Below are positions 12,791 to 27,401 of a DNA stretch of 64,000 nt, piece by piece. The DNA is taken from NCBI RefSeq assembly GCF_006345805.1, contig NC_043003.1, positions 115,258,001 through 115,322,000 on the forward strand, in the 5' to 3' direction. The notes under the pieces were generated by a model. That model worked only from the letters and a program-made list of their open reading frames with translations, ran no database searches and was not told the origin of the DNA. A program made the translations under genes and the position numbers. This DNA is from Octopus sinensis (lineage: Eukaryota). Within the stretch, counting starts at the first letter, position 1. Each line of letters begins with the position of its first letter.

Positions 12791-14632
12791 GATCCAAGGA
12801 TGTGTGTGTGTGTGTGTGTGCGTTTGTGTGTGTGCGTGCGTGCGTGAGTGTGCGGGCGTGTGTGTGTTTGAGTTTATGTCAGCATAACTTATAGTTTCCG
12901 CAAACTGAGACCAATAGGAAAAATTACCAGTTTCAGAAACTGTGGTAAGTCGTTTCGCTCGACTAAAATCCTTCAAGGCTATCCACTAGCATGGCTGCAG
13001 TCAAATTACTGAAACAAGTAAGATACACACTCACACATGCACACAATACACACACATACACATATACACACACATGTATACATGTGTTTGTGTGCGTGTG
13101 GATATTATATATAATATATATATATATATATATACATATATAATATATATATATATAATATATAATATATATATACATATATATATATATAATATTATAT
13201 ATATATATATATATCTATATATATATATATATTATATATATATATATATATTATATAATCGTTAAGGATTTGTTAGTGCTGTATTAATTAGATTTATTTT
13301 CTGTGCAGTTATTTAGGCAATTGAGTAAAAACTAGTTGAATAGTAAATATGTTTATGTATGTATGTATGTATGTATGTATGTATGCATGTATGTATGTAT
13401 GTATGTATATATGTATGTATGTACGCATGTAAATACGTACATATTTATCTATGTGTGTATTATTGTTTGCATGTGGGTGTATATATAATGCGACACAGAC
13501 ACGGATAGTCTGTGATCAAATAATCGCATTAAAGCTTGTTAGAGAAATCGGGGTGAGGCAGTAAATTTGATCGAAGGTAATTTCAGTGTTGCCCAAGCTT
13601 ATTCAATTTAATTCACGTGTTTGAATAGTTAAACACTTTCCGATCACACCCTATAAGGTGTTGCTCTCTCGCTCGGACACGATCTCGCCTGGAGATAAAG
13701 TAGAGAACGCTGAAGTAATCATTCCCTTCATAAATGATGAAAGCAGTCGAGTTTTACATTTTATGTTTTAGTCATCACATTGTGTGATGTGCGCATCAAT
13801 GTTACCTAGGTGATATAAACATCAGATTATACTAAATCTCCATTGATATTCTAGCATTTTATAGTCGCGAAACAGTTTCGTATTTTCCAGTCTCTAACAA
13901 TTCCACACCACTCCCGTTAAATGGCGAATGCAACACATATACAAAACGAATTACATGCCATATATAACGAATGCCATACAGTAATTAGTGATCGGTGGTG
14001 ATATACGCAATGTCGTTGCTTAAAGAATAGTTGAATGGGTTAATTTTTTCTGTACATACAACACTGCCAGAAATCATTCTCTACAAACCATCTCTCTTTC
14101 GCTCTTTCTATGGATATATTTGTATTGTAAAATATACAAAAACCTAATAGGACGACAAATATTATTTTACGTCACATGGATTAATCGATTATGCGCTTCA
14201 ATCGCTGAGTTAATTCTGATGTGATGAAATATAATTTCCTGATTTGAAAGCGACAGCACGCATTTGTCACTACCTAACATTGACTGACGATGGTGATGAA
14301 AATGAAAATGCATTTACTAATTATGGGGAAGGCACAATTGATGAGAAAAATAATCCCGACGCTAGCGACGTGATTCACAAAGAAAAAGTAAAACTGATAT
14401 GAAGTACAATGACCATATGGGTGATGTTTTTACAAGGTGGTCATCGTCTATGATGATGATGATGATGATGACGGCGGCGGTGAAGGTGATTTACATGACG
14501 AAGAACCTAAGTTGAGGAATTTTATTGAAAGGTAAACTTTCGGGTGTATTGCCATCATTTCGATAATTCTGTTAAACGTAGGTTCATATACATACATACA
14601 TAAATACATACATACCTATGTATGTAAGTATG

Positions 14633-14666
<34 letters not shown>

Positions 14667-15352
14667 TGTATGTATGTATGTATGTATGTATGTATGTATG
14701 TATGTACGTATGTAAGTGCACGCGTGCGTGCGTTTGTGTATTTGTGTGTGTGTATGTAGCTATGTGTGCATATGTATATAAACTCATACATATGTCTGTG
14801 TGAGTGTTGGAAAGAATTGAACGCTGATTTAGATATGAACAGCATTATGCAATTATTTGTGGGTACGAAGCCGAGTATCTCTTACCTGTGAAGAAGTAAA
14901 CAAGCTCTGAAATTATCTGCCAGGGGACTCCATTCACTTATATTTCCGAACAAGAATAACATAGAAACACTATGTTTTTTTTACTTATTTTCTAATTTTT
15001 AAATTTTTGTTTTACCAAGAGCGACACGTCCTAATATTCAAAATTTGTGTAGTTTTCTATTCTCAGGTGTGTTATGCAGTGCACATTTATGAATGCATGA
15101 CTCTTCCGTACTCAGTCATTTAAATTCTTCCACTAAAGATCTAACTGGTTTCTAACAAAGATACAAAAAGCTCCTGTATTTCAACCTCTCCTGCCAATGG
15201 AGAAAAACTTAGATCTAAGGTCCTTTCATTAGTATTTCAACATCAACACGTATATACATGTATCCATGTATATATGTATGTAAGCATGCATGTATGTAGT
15301 CATACGTGCAGATTTATATGTTTTGTTTATGTATGTATTCTTATGCATATAT

Positions 15353-15586
15353 ATTTCTTTACTACCCACAAGGGGCTAAACACAGAGGGGACAAACAAGG
15401 ACAGACAAAGGGATTAAGTCGATTACATCGACCCCAGTGCGTAACCGGTACTTAATTTATCGACCCCGAAAGGATGAAAGGCAAAGTCGACCTCGGCGGA
15501 ATTTGAACTCGGAACGTAACGACAGACGAAATACGGCTACGCAGGTCGCCCGGCGTGCTAACGTTTCTGCCAGCTCGTCGCCTTAT
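15353..15586 (-). mobile_element. SINE family B, near-complete
   Basis: Minus-strand head AAGGCG.CGAGCTGGCAGAAACGTTAGCACG...GAGTTCAAATTCCGCCGAGGTCGAC with A/B-box-like motifs; matches 23074, 28768, 37666 and 44832 copies. Confidence 0.9.
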
Positions 15587-16853
15587 ACTTGCATATCTAG
15601 ACATGCTCATGTATACGTAAATGAGAAATTTCAGGAAAGTTTTACAGATTTTTTTACAGATTTTACAGTGAAACCTGTAGCGGTTGGGCAAAATGCCGAT
15701 AGAATAAATACCATGATTAGAGAAAATATATCTGTTCCACTAAATCTCTGAAAACTAGTGCCCCAGCATGGCCGCTGTCCAATGACTTAAACAAATATGA
15801 TACATAATACATATTATGGATGTTATTGTTTAATGCCCTTCAAAGTCTTCTTACTTTGGATGTGCTACGTAATATCTGTTTCATGAACCGAAATCTTAAT
15901 GTATACCTGATGTCGCTAATTTACCTTACTAGCTATCTATATTATGTGTACGAAATTACTTTAATATTTATTAATATAATTTATGATTGAATTAACTGCC
16001 ATATTATGAATAAAATTTGATATTAGGCGTTTAAGAAGAGATTTTGTTACATAAAAAATAAATCGGTTTCTCTTTTGAAAATCAAAATTATGTTTATATT
16101 ATCTGTTATCATACTGAACTATAATTTGGTGAGAATAAACACAATCATGGATGTAGGCGAATATATGCATCATTTACCGCTTTTTTTTTACTAAAATCAA
16201 ATACGAAATGATAAAATACAAATTGGTTATTTAACCGCTGTGTTCGTTGCTATGGTAGTTATATCTGAACTACTTATACTTTCATCAATTCTCTGTCGAT
16301 ATATTTAGCGACACTCTATAATGCGATATTTTAAGTAAACAATTCTAATATTCATCTGTTGACTGTTATGTTCTGATAAGGTGTACTTTATTCTGTGTGC
16401 ATGACTAAATAGTATGTAATTTCATCAAGGCAAAACCACCGTTTGATCTTGCCAAGCTAGTTGGAAATTTATGGCGATACTCTTTATAAGTTGCTTCCAT
16501 TGCGTAAAATATCTTCGGCTTCGTTACACTTTGAAATTAATTGAGGTTTTCATTTTGGCCCCGCACCAAATTGTATGGTGAAATTGCAGAGAATACATAT
16601 TACAACATATTAGCGTTATGTATTTATTGACACAATTAAAAGCAATTATATCTTATTTACTTCCATATACATATAACGGCTGTGTATCCCCGAAACTTAA
16701 AATTGGATTTATGTTGATAAGAAATATGTCCTGGTTGTACGCCTTCTATATCATCAATGCCTGTGCAACATAATTATTGCTGCTTAGTGTTAACCCAGCA
16801 GTAAAGAATGAGTGTGCTAAATGTAAATCAAAACGTTAGCATAATGTCTAGAG

Positions 16854-17072
16854 CAGTGCTTTTCAAACTTTTTGCTGGAGCAGAACCCCAAGGAAACATT
16901 CCACTGACTCGAGGAACCCCTGTGCAATAATTTAATAGTCTAATGCACACATATCTGCACAGGAGAATTAAAAATTACTGCCGATTTTAGCAGTTTTGTA
17001 AGTTCTTGCGGAACCCCTAGACTGTACTGGCGGAACCCTAAGGTTCCGCGGAACCCTGGTTGAAAACCACTG
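16854..17072. mobile_element. 219-bp hAT (Charlie-like) MITE
   Basis: TIRs CAGTGCTTTTCAA / TTGAAAACCACTG; perfect 8-bp TSD GTCTAGAG (16846-16853, 17073-17080) of the NTCTAGAN type. Confidence 0.9.
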
Positions 17073-17699
17073 GTCTAGAGTATCGAAATTTATGAATTGT
17101 ACTTTTCTACCCAGAATCATGAGAGTGGTTCGATTGCTTAGATTATGATACCAAATCTCTATTGTGTTACCTCTACACTAATTACTCTACTGCATTGCCA
17201 AAATTGACAAACATCATATTAAGCAACATAAATAAGCGGTATTATTCCTTTCTGCAGAAACTTCCACCTGTGCGCCCGTTATTACAAATCACCGAATCTT
17301 CAATGCTAGGAATACTAGCGTGTATCGTTAATTGAAATATAACTGAACAGTTCATAATAAGATATCAAACGACGGAATTACATCACTCAGAAATGCATTC
17401 TATTCTTGTCTGACTTGCAATGAAGTCAAAACAATTATCAATTTTCTATAATTTAAAAACTAGTTTAGTATTTCATCCTGGCATAAATATATTCTTCATG
17501 AAAGATTTACTCATTATTTTCATTATAATATATAGGTTGTGTTTTTACTACAGACGTCCATCATGCCATCTTACCATAGAGCTACGATTATCCATCTCTC
17601 TCCCTCTCTCTCTCTCTCTCTCGCTCTCTTCCTCACTCACTCACCATAATGCTTATATCTGTCATCTTCGTCTCTCTCAACCATAATCAATGCCAACAC

Positions 17700-18990
17700 A
17701 TTTTGTCTTTGAAGCTTCCTTCCTTACAATTAATGCTGATATTTCTCCGTTATTCAATTCTCTTCCACATTCTCACCAAACTATAACTGTCCCTACTCCT
17801 CGGAAACGTTGCTTTGGGCAAATTCAGCTAATGTGGAGTATTGGTGACTTCCACTCTCTGGAAGGATGCAAAACAACCTATTGCACTTTTTTCTTGAAGT
17901 GACTTAAAATTTGAGAATGTGTTTGTAAGATCAAATCAAAAACAGGAAGAATGAAGAAAAAGGAAAGAAATGCGGGGAGAGAGATAATAAAGAAATGAAG
18001 AGAGGGAAAGTGCACTGGTTAGTGGTGAATCAGGATAAATTGAAGAAGGAGTGGGGAGGTGAGGGTGACAGAGAGAGAAAGATATGAGAGTGTAAAGAAA
18101 TGAGAGGGTAAAGAGTAAAGGGGTGTCAGGTATGTAGTGACAAAGCCTAGTGTGAAGGGCAGAGAGGGACGGGGTAGGGGTAGGGGTAGGGGTAGCAAAA
18201 TGGGGAAATGAAGAATTTGGGTATATAGGTTAGGTTGCATAGAGGACAGGTCAGTGCTTAGTAGTAGAAGAATATGTGAAGAGGTATACACATGCATATA
18301 TTAAACATGTATATAGACATTTACACATATCAACACATACATACGCATACAAAACTCCTGTATGTTACATACATGACCTCTCCTCTAAGCAACCTATACT
18401 ATATTCCCAAATTCTTCATTCCACCATTTTACTACCCTACCCCTCCCTCTCTGCCCTTCACACTAGGCTCCATTACTACATACCTGACACTCCTTTACTC
18501 TTTACACTCTCATATCTTTCTCTCTCTATCACACTCACCTCCCCATTCCTTCTTCAATTTCCTGACTGACCACTAACCAGCAGACTTTCCCTCTCTCCAT
18601 TTCTGTATTATCTCTCTCCCCGCTTTTCTTTCCTTTTTTCCTTTTCTCTCTTCCTGTTTTTGATTTGACCTTACAAACACATTCCCAACTTTTAAGTCTC
18701 TTCAAAAAGATCTTGATTCAATAACACCGTTTCTATCTCTATGCGTGAAATGACCAATTTTAAATAATATTGGAACCTACACACAAGGTACAGCAAAATT
18801 ATATGTATACCATTCTGCTTAAATAATGGAACTACAGATAAAATATCCCTGCATATCTCACAACTGTTCTCATTCCTCCGCTTCTCTCTATTTCATATCT
18901 TCTCTTGAATAACTCTTGCTTAACTATTGTCTCACACCGTCTCCGATGAAGGGATATACAAAATATCCCAGAAAGAGCTGTAAGACATCT
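17700..18990 (+). mobile_element. Penelope-like remnant: GIY-YIG C-terminus (17700-17900), long inverted repeat (17891-18253 / 18374-18709), hammerhead-like motif (18939-18986)
   Basis: FNSLPHSH..I.V....K.....LMWSIGDFH..GC...F.FF resembles the Neptune-type EN end. Arms align as reverse complements. GTCT-CCGATGA-A-GGGATAT..ATATCCC-A-GAAAG-AGCT-GT-A-AGAC. Confidence 0.65.
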
Positions 18991-19818
18991 TTATAAATGT
19001 TCTAAAACATTTCAGTGTCTTGGATTTTTATCTCATTCTGTTAATTTTTTTATATATATAGGCATGCTGATATATAGCCGACGATGGATACCTCATTCAC
19101 ATAATCACCGAACCTGGAGCTTAACTACAGTCTGTCCATAGCACTTACTCAACATTACGTGACATATTTGGGTCTTCTTGACACCATTACCCCTCATAAC
19201 CTTTATATATATATTTTTTCTACTCCACTAAATTCCTTTTAGCCATTATAATTCTAACATAGCAATTTTGTGAAATGTACAGAAGTGTGATCAGTATCTT
19301 CTCATATATCAGGAAATTATACCCACTTTATTATGGATAAAGTCATCATCTCTGATTATGAAATATCTCCTCATATCTCCGGAAATTACACCTACAATAT
19401 TATGGATGGATTTACCTTTTCTGTGAAGCTAACTAGCTTTTTTAAAACCTTTTATAAAACTGTGCATCATTACAGAACTTTGGAAGTCTGCTTACAATCT
19501 AAATTTGCTTTTTATAGAACTCTCTTCGATACTTCATGAGTGTAGCCTCACCCCCTAGGATGTTTGGAGAACTCATATGTGTTTTGGCTGATGGGTACGG
19601 GACACTTGTATTTGCTGCAATATTTGCAGCTTTTAATAAAGCTGTTCTTTGTATGAAACATTTGTACTGAAAAACTAATCCATCTTGTTGCTTTTTTCTT
19701 GTTTATAATCACCCCACATTATTTTATGGTTAATACCATATAAATTTCTGGTGCATCTAAGTTAAGTACCGCATTCATGTGAATTCATTGGAACTCACTT
19801 GAATTTTAATTGCTTTTA

Positions 19819-19863
<45 letters not shown>

Positions 19864-20869
19864 ATATATAATATATATATAATATATATGTATATATATA
19901 CTTATATATACATATATATAATATATATATATATATACATATATTATATATATACATATATATAATATATATATATATATATAGATATTATATATACATA
20001 TATATATATACATAAGCATTAGACAATTCAATTCGTTAGTATTTGTTTATATTACATTATGTTCAAATTAATGCTGAAATCAAACTCATTTACTCAGAAT
20101 GACATTTACATAAAGCATTGTTATACATCTCCCACATAACAAGCACGACGAATGTACACGATTTGTTTACGTTAGTAATACATAGAGGACTGGTGCTTTA
20201 CGTCATCCTATTTAGTGCTGATAGAAAATTTATGTAATATTCACAATACATAAGTTATTTCATCTCTATTAATTAATTAATAATTATTGTTAATTATTTT
20301 TTAAAGCTTATATTAACATAATACAGTAGGCCGAATATAGTGTGTATTTTAAGAGAAATATTCTATATTATTCAGTTCTGTAGAAATATAGATAAGTATC
20401 GTTATGTTACTTATAGATAGAAATCTTGAGCATTGCGTCATCTCAATGTTTATAGAAATAGTCACGAAACATATTTGATACAAAACGATTCAGTTAATCT
20501 CAGTAAATTAATTCATAATTATTATTAGTTAGTGTTTAAAATTTTATTTGAATATTAATTATCAATATAAGGTAATAAATTTGAACATAGTATATATTAT
20601 AAGAGACATAATCGATAATATACAGTTAGGTATAAATATAGAATACGCGTATTATATTAGTAGAATTTATGGTCAAATGGATTCAGAAGATTCTCCTAAT
20701 AAATTGGTACATATTAATCTCAAGCTATTATATCAATATGTAAAATCAACCTAATCTATTATGCCAATTGGTAAAATGCCTTGTAAATATTAGAGCATAT
20801 TATATGAATATTATATTATATAGTTTAGTGTTACATTATAATAAGTATATAGTTTAATTATACTTCGAG

Positions 20870-21255
20870 TCAACATACGTCGTTAAATGAAGACATTCCT
20901 AAGGTTAGGTTGATTGGTTCGTAGATGTAAGGATTTTATATACCTCTTCGGTACACAACTCACATCATCTGTTTAAGATCTTATATGATATAGCAAAACT
21001 GAGAATTTCCTATTTAAGATTAAATTCAATGCTATTATCATTTAATTCCCATAAGAATTTACTTAATCCGGTAGAGTTCATTTTTTTGTCTATGTTTAAA
21101 GCTATGTAAATGGTTAGCAATCCTAATCTTAATACTAGTTTTTGTTTACCTTATATAATAGTATTTGTTTCCTATATATATACAAACACATACATATCTG
21201 TATATAATATACACGTATATTTTACCAAGGGGAAAATTATACATGCGCGTGAGTT
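20870..21255 (-). pseudogene. Penelope-like GIY-YIG endonuclease remnant
   Basis: Minus strand: .PLGK....IIY.......YYI(R)*TKTSIKIRIANHLHSFKH / NSTGLSKFLWELNDNSIEFNLK*EIL....Y...NR*CELCTEE, the conserved NH..SF..NST.LSK..W.L..CxLC pattern with stops and a frameshift. Confidence 0.8.
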
Positions 21256-21716
21256 TGTAAAGATATTTGTGTAGACAATTATAGTGTTGTATTTCTTTAA
21301 TCATTTTTAATCATCTACTCAGTCTTGCTTTTACAATCTTGTCTCTGCAATGAAGGAAGATTTGCGTTTAGTAGGCATTTGAAATTATCATTAATAATGG
21401 TCTTCTACGTTCACGAAATATTCTACGTAATTAATACTTTATTGCATTTCGTAAGTCATTTTGTCAACTCAATTTCTGAATTTCATAATTTGTATTTTCA
21501 CCGAAAAATGTGGGAAACCAACAGTTTTAAGAGATGAATGCATTTTCCCCGTCCATTTCGTCAAAACTGGAATCAAGATCTGTTCAAAAATGTGTTGCTC
21601 CCTGCCTAATCTAGCAGAATGCCCAGTGGGAAGAGAAACATCCATAATTGTACCAGTCGAATTATATGACAAGTATATTAATTTTTTATTTCCTAATATT
21701 TTTTATTCGTATACAC

Positions 21717-21925
21717 TTTTTACTCTTTTACTTGTTTCAGTCATTTGACTGCGACCATGCTGGAGCACCGCCTTTAGTCGAGCAAATCGACCCCGGGACT
21801 TATTCCTTGTAAGCCCAGTGATTATTCTATCGGTCTCTTTTTTTGCCGAACCGCTAAGTGACGGGGATGTATCGGTTGTCAAGCAATGCTAGGGGGGCCA
21901 AACACAGACACACAAACACACACAC

Positions 21926-21981
<56 letters not shown>

Positions 21982-22163
21982 TATACATACATATATACGA
22001 CAGGCTTCTTTCAATTTCCGTCTACCAAATCCACTCACAAGGCATTGGTCGGCCCGGGGCTATAGTAGAAGACACTTGCCCAATATGCCACACAGTGGGA
22101 CTGAACCCGGAACCATGTGGCTGGTTAGCAAGCTACCTACCACACAGCCACTCCTGCGCCTAT
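21717..22163 (-). mobile_element. SINE family A, full length
   Basis: Head ATAGGCGCAGGAGTGGCTGTGTGGTAG..GGTTCCGGGTTCAGTCCCACTG on the minus strand; tail (GAGTAAAA)n. Confidence 0.92.
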
Positions 22164-22676
22164 GTTAATTTTGTAGTATATTAATTTTTTTTCTTATTAA
22201 TTTTTTTATTCGTATATATAGTTTTCAATAATCGATAAGTACGGTTAATAATTCAATCCTTTTGAGCATCTTATCACTTCTACCCCAATAGTTTCTATTT
22301 TTCATATTTGATTTTGCCTTTCAGGAGTATATATTTTCATTACACTGTCTATATTTTTATCATAGCAGATTGGATAGAACAAAAAAAAGACAAATTTTAA
22401 TCAACAAAAGAATTTTACAATGTCAAATTTAGGATGTGAGGGTAGCGAGTGCGCCTTAACACTATCAGTTCAACAGGATGTGCTCGTGGGTTATATAGTG
22501 CAGATTCAATGACACAAGTCTGAAGATATACGATAGGTGCAACGGCAATTATGCTTACTGGATTAGCAGTCGGATTATCTTAACGTCACTCCTTCTGCTT
22601 ACATCATGGTGTCAAGAAGCAAAGAAACCTGAAACCTAGTGTAAACATATTTCCATACGATAAAATATATATATAT

Positions 22677-22726
<50 letters not shown>

Positions 22727-22813
22727 CATATATATATATATATATTGTGCATATATATACACATATATATATACGTATATATACATATATGCATATATAA
22801 TACATATGCATTT

Positions 22814-22886
<73 letters not shown>

Positions 22887-23073
22887 ATAATAATATTAGG
22901 GAGTAAACTTACAGGGAAAAATTCAATTTAATATTAAATCAAATTTCACTGTATAAATATATAACGTATAAAATATGAATTAGAGATAAATATAATATAA
23001 TAATTACTTATTATATTATATTTATTATTCATTTTGTACTTAAAAAATATATATATATTATATTAATCATATA

Positions 23074-23306
23074 TATTTCTTTATTGCCCACAAGGGGCTA
23101 AACACACAGAGGACAAACAAGGACAGACAAAGGGATTAAGTCGATTACATCGACCCTAGTGCGTAACTAGTACTTAAATTATTGACCCCGAAAGGATGAA
23201 AGGCAAAGTCGACCTCGGCGGAATTTGAACTCAGAACGTAACGGCAGACGAAATACGGCTACTCATTTCGCCCGGCGTGCTAACGTTTCTGCCAGCTCGC
23301 CGCCTT
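23074..23306 (-). mobile_element. SINE family B, full length
   Basis: Aligns end to end with 15353-15586. Confidence 0.92.
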
Positions 23307-23919
23307 CACAAGTATAATCATATATATTATTTGTTATTTATGTATTTGTCTATGACTATCATTGTTTGAGTTGCATCATAGTGGTTTTATCTCTAATTCA
23401 TATTTTATATATATATATTTTTCTACATGTTTCCGTCATTTGACCGCGACCATGCTGGGGCTGATTAATCTTGATGCTCCAATCTGGCCAGCCCCCAAGG
23501 AAAAACTAAGCTAAGAGCATTAGATTCCTTGGAAAAAAGCAACGAATGTATAGGAAACAAGGACGGAAAAACGGACAATGGTACACGAATATAAATACAA
23601 AATACAATCAAAAACAATAATAATAATAACAACAGGCTTCTTTCGACATATATATATATATATATATACATAGTTAGATAGATAAATAGATAGACAGAAA
23701 GATAGATATGGATATAGATCTATGGTTGTGTTTATATCTATATGATTTTGTATATTTGTGTCTATGTATGTGTCTCTGTTTGCCATTCCCTGACTCCAGT
23801 ACATGACAAGCTTCGTTGCTCTATTTGCGCTCCCCAAACTTCGAGAAAAGAAAGCAATGAAATTGCTTCAAGATTTTGCCATAGTATGGCAGCAGTTGAA
23901 TGAGTAAAAAAAACAACAT

Positions 23920-24000
<81 letters not shown>

Positions 24001-24350
24001 CAAAGGCTGTAACTTGTAGATGACGTACAACTTATAACTGACATCACATTTCTAGCATCAACGATTATCGTTTCAAAATCTTCCGACATTGTTTTATTTT
24101 ATTTGGTTATTATAATAATTCTTTAATTATATATTTCACGAGATCGGAAATTTTGAATAAACGGAGATTGCATTGGCTCATAAAAGCAGCAAAATGTGTA
24201 TTTCTTTCTGACAACAATATATTTCTTTGGTTCTTAAGGATTTGTATTCCTTGACGAAATTGAAACTTAAATTCAGATTTACAAAAATGGCTTTGGAATG
24301 CTGTGCAGATAGAGAAATTTATTTGTACGGTCTTCTATTCTTTTCTTTTC

Positions 24351-24540
24351 TTATTCTTTTATTCTTTTACTTGTTTCAGTCATTTGACTGCGGCCGTGCT
24401 GGAGCACCGCCTTTAGTCGAGCAAATTGACCCTGGGACTTATTCTATCGGTCTCTTTTGCCGAACCGCTAGATGACGGGGACGTAAACACACCAGCATCG
24501 GTTTTCAAGCAATGCTGGGGGGACAAAAACAGACACAGAG

Positions 24541-24573
<33 letters not shown>

Positions 24574-24746
24574 CATATATACGACAGGCTTCTTTCAGTT
24601 TCCGTCTACCAAATCCACTCACAAGGCATTGGTCGGCCCGGGGCTATAGCAGAAGACACTTTCCCAAGATGCCATGCAGTGGGACTGAATCCGGAACCAT
24701 ATGGTTGGTAAGCAAGCTACTTACCATACAGCCACTCCTGTGCCTG
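24351..24746 (-). mobile_element. SINE family A, full length
   Basis: Aligns with 21717-22163. Confidence 0.92.
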
Positions 24747-26789
24747 TATTTTTGCGTTTTATAACATTTGACAAGCAGAAGCCAAATTTGGTTAATGTTT
24801 CATGAGGAATTACGTTCCTGCTCATGCTTATGAAATCACAGTCAAATCAGGTAGAGTAGAAACACTGTGGGAAATAGTAGCTTGGCAAAACAACATAGAT
24901 GGGAGAAAGGAAAATATTGACGAAAACATAGGAGATGGGTAGTGGGAGGAGATAAATAAGAGAAAGAGGAAGCGATGCGGACGTTAATAACGAAAATGAA
25001 TGGAAATTGGTAAAGAATTAGAAACAGCATACATTATGAATAACACAATATAGACAGTCTGCGTATACATACACACACATAGCATGTATGAGTGTATAAA
25101 ATTATATACCTATTTATTCATAGATATTTACATATATACATACATATGCATACATATATATACATAATTATATATATTTATTTATTTATATACATACATA
25201 TATATATGTTTACATATATGTCTACATATATTCTACTTATATGTGTATAAATATATATAGATTTATATACATGTATATATATATATATGTGTATGTATGT
25301 ATGTACGTACGTATGTATGTATGTATGTATGTATGTATGTATGTATGTATGTATGTATGTATGTATGTATGTATGTATGTATGTATTTATGTATAGAAAT
25401 TCTCTGTATATACACGTGTGTGGAAATGTGTATAAATATTTATTAATATAATATTGAGAAACATGAACCTAGAAAAAATTTCCCAAGAATGCAATTATTT
25501 GAAAACCATGTCATGTTCCATAAATTCTGATATGTGAAAATATGTGATTTGAATTTTAATTAAATTTTGATTTGAAAATATAGTTAATTACATGATAACA
25601 ATTCGTCTGCAAACACCAACGTTTTCGTTGCTTTCTCTTATTACAACCACCATCACAACTACCGCCATTTTCTAAAGTATCCTAAACTCTGTCTCCTTGT
25701 GTAGTAATAAATTTTTAATAATGTGTCACATCTAGACTTATCTCTCATACGCTATATCGTCATTATGGATGTGAAAACTACTTAACGACATCGTAATATG
25801 CAAACTACTAATGAGCACGTATGCAGTTTCTGCACCTGGAATTATTAGCAGCCATACCATTACCAATTTGTACATCCATTAGTGTCTTATTTAAAAAAAG
25901 GAAAGACACCTTGATTAATTCAGTTTTGGTTATGCAAATATATAGAATAGCCTCCAGTATTATGTATTTGGTAACAATTGGCGTCAGAAGGATTTCACTT
26001 GTTGCTACATAACATCACATGCTAGTTATGCCACAAACTACGGAGAGTGTATGAAAGTAGATCTTTATCCTGTTAGTAATTATAACGAAGATACCTCCTT
26101 AGATCGCAAAGATATAAGTATATATTGCAGTATGTGTATACGCACACATTTCTGTAAATATATATATATATATATTTATATATATGTATGTATGTAGGTA
26201 TGTATGTATGTATGTATGTATGTATGTATGTATGTATGTATGTATGTATGTATGTATGTATGTATGTATGTATGTATGTTTAACAATTGGGAGTGAAGGA
26301 CTCCTAGCCTTTGTGAGGGCATCCTTCTGGGAGGAGGTAACTCAGGTAACTGGGATAACTCCGACATAAATACTGCGGCTCAGTGGTTACCGGTGATGTT
26401 GACTTGTTCTTCTTTTCGGATTATGGCTGCTGTTGCTTAGTGAGTGGGGTTCATTCAGTGCGTAGACTTTCCTCACTTTACAAAAAATCTTCTTGCACAG
26501 GCATTGCACGATAACAACATTGATTAAGCATCGTGCAATGGCCATACTCGATAACGAGGGGGCACCCACCATTATATATAGGTGTGTGTTTGTATTTTGT
26601 GATCTGATCGTGTCTCTTCTTTGAGAATGGGCCTGGCAAATATAGTGTGGTCGCTAATTCAACTAGATAGATATATTCTACAGCCATGATTAACTGACGT
26701 GGGACGTTCATGTGTGCAGGAAACAGCATTCAAACTTCTCCAAATCACATTGAATCGTTTGAAAATAAGAATATCTGTCTTTGTGTCTG

Positions 26790-26975
26790 TTTGTTCTCCC
26801 CATTACCGCTTGAAAACCCGTTTGGATGTTTTTACAGCCACGTAACATAGCGATTCGGCAAAAGAGAATAGTTCTAGGCACAAGAAACTAGTCCTAGGGT
26901 TGATTTATTCGACTAAGAAAAAGTTTTACATGGCAGCGCTCCAGCATGACCGCAGGCAAATGACTGAAACAGGCG
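26790..26975 (+). mobile_element. Degenerate 3' half of SINE family A
   Basis: CGATTCGGCAAAAGAGA..TTCGACT..GCGCTCCAGCATGACCGCAG..AATGACTGAAAC. Confidence 0.7.
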
Positions 26976-26985
26976 AAAGCATATA

Positions 26986-27401
26986 TACTCTTTTACTTGT
27001 TTCAGTCATTTGACTGCGGCCATGCTGGAGCATCGCCTCTAGTCGAGGAAATCGACCCCAGGTCTTATTCTTTGTAAGCCTAGTACTTATTCTATCGGTA
27101 ACTTTTGCCGAACCGCTAAGTTACAGGAATGTAAACACACCAGCATCGGTTGTCAAGCGATGTTTGAGAAGGGGGGACAAACACAGACACTCAAACATAT
27201 ACACACAAATACATATATATATATATACATATATACGACGGGCTTCTTTCAGTTTCCGTCTACCAAATCCACTCCCAAGGCTTTGGTCGGTCCGAGGCTA
27301 CAGTAGAAGACACTTGCCCAAGGTGCCACGCAGTTGGACTGAACCCTAAACCATGTGGTTGGTAAACAAGCTACTTACCACACAGCCACCCCTGCGCCTA
27401 T
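26986..27401 (-). mobile_element. SINE family A, full length, tail-to-tail with the preceding fragment
   Basis: Aligns with other family A copies. Confidence 0.92.

Noticed and set aside
14230-14535. Acidic reading frames and (GAT)n run
   Set aside because: Short, stop-interrupted, no consistent splice structure or recognised motif.
20960-20975. In-frame TGA before CELC as possible selenocysteine in a Naiad-type PLE
   Set aside because: It aligns to the Arg position (CGA to TGA CpG decay) in a frame with other stops and frameshifts.
26502-26540. 11-bp stem hairpin CATTGCACGAT/ATCGTGCAATG
   Set aside because: Isolated, with a 17-nt loop, no extension and no associated element; probably chance.
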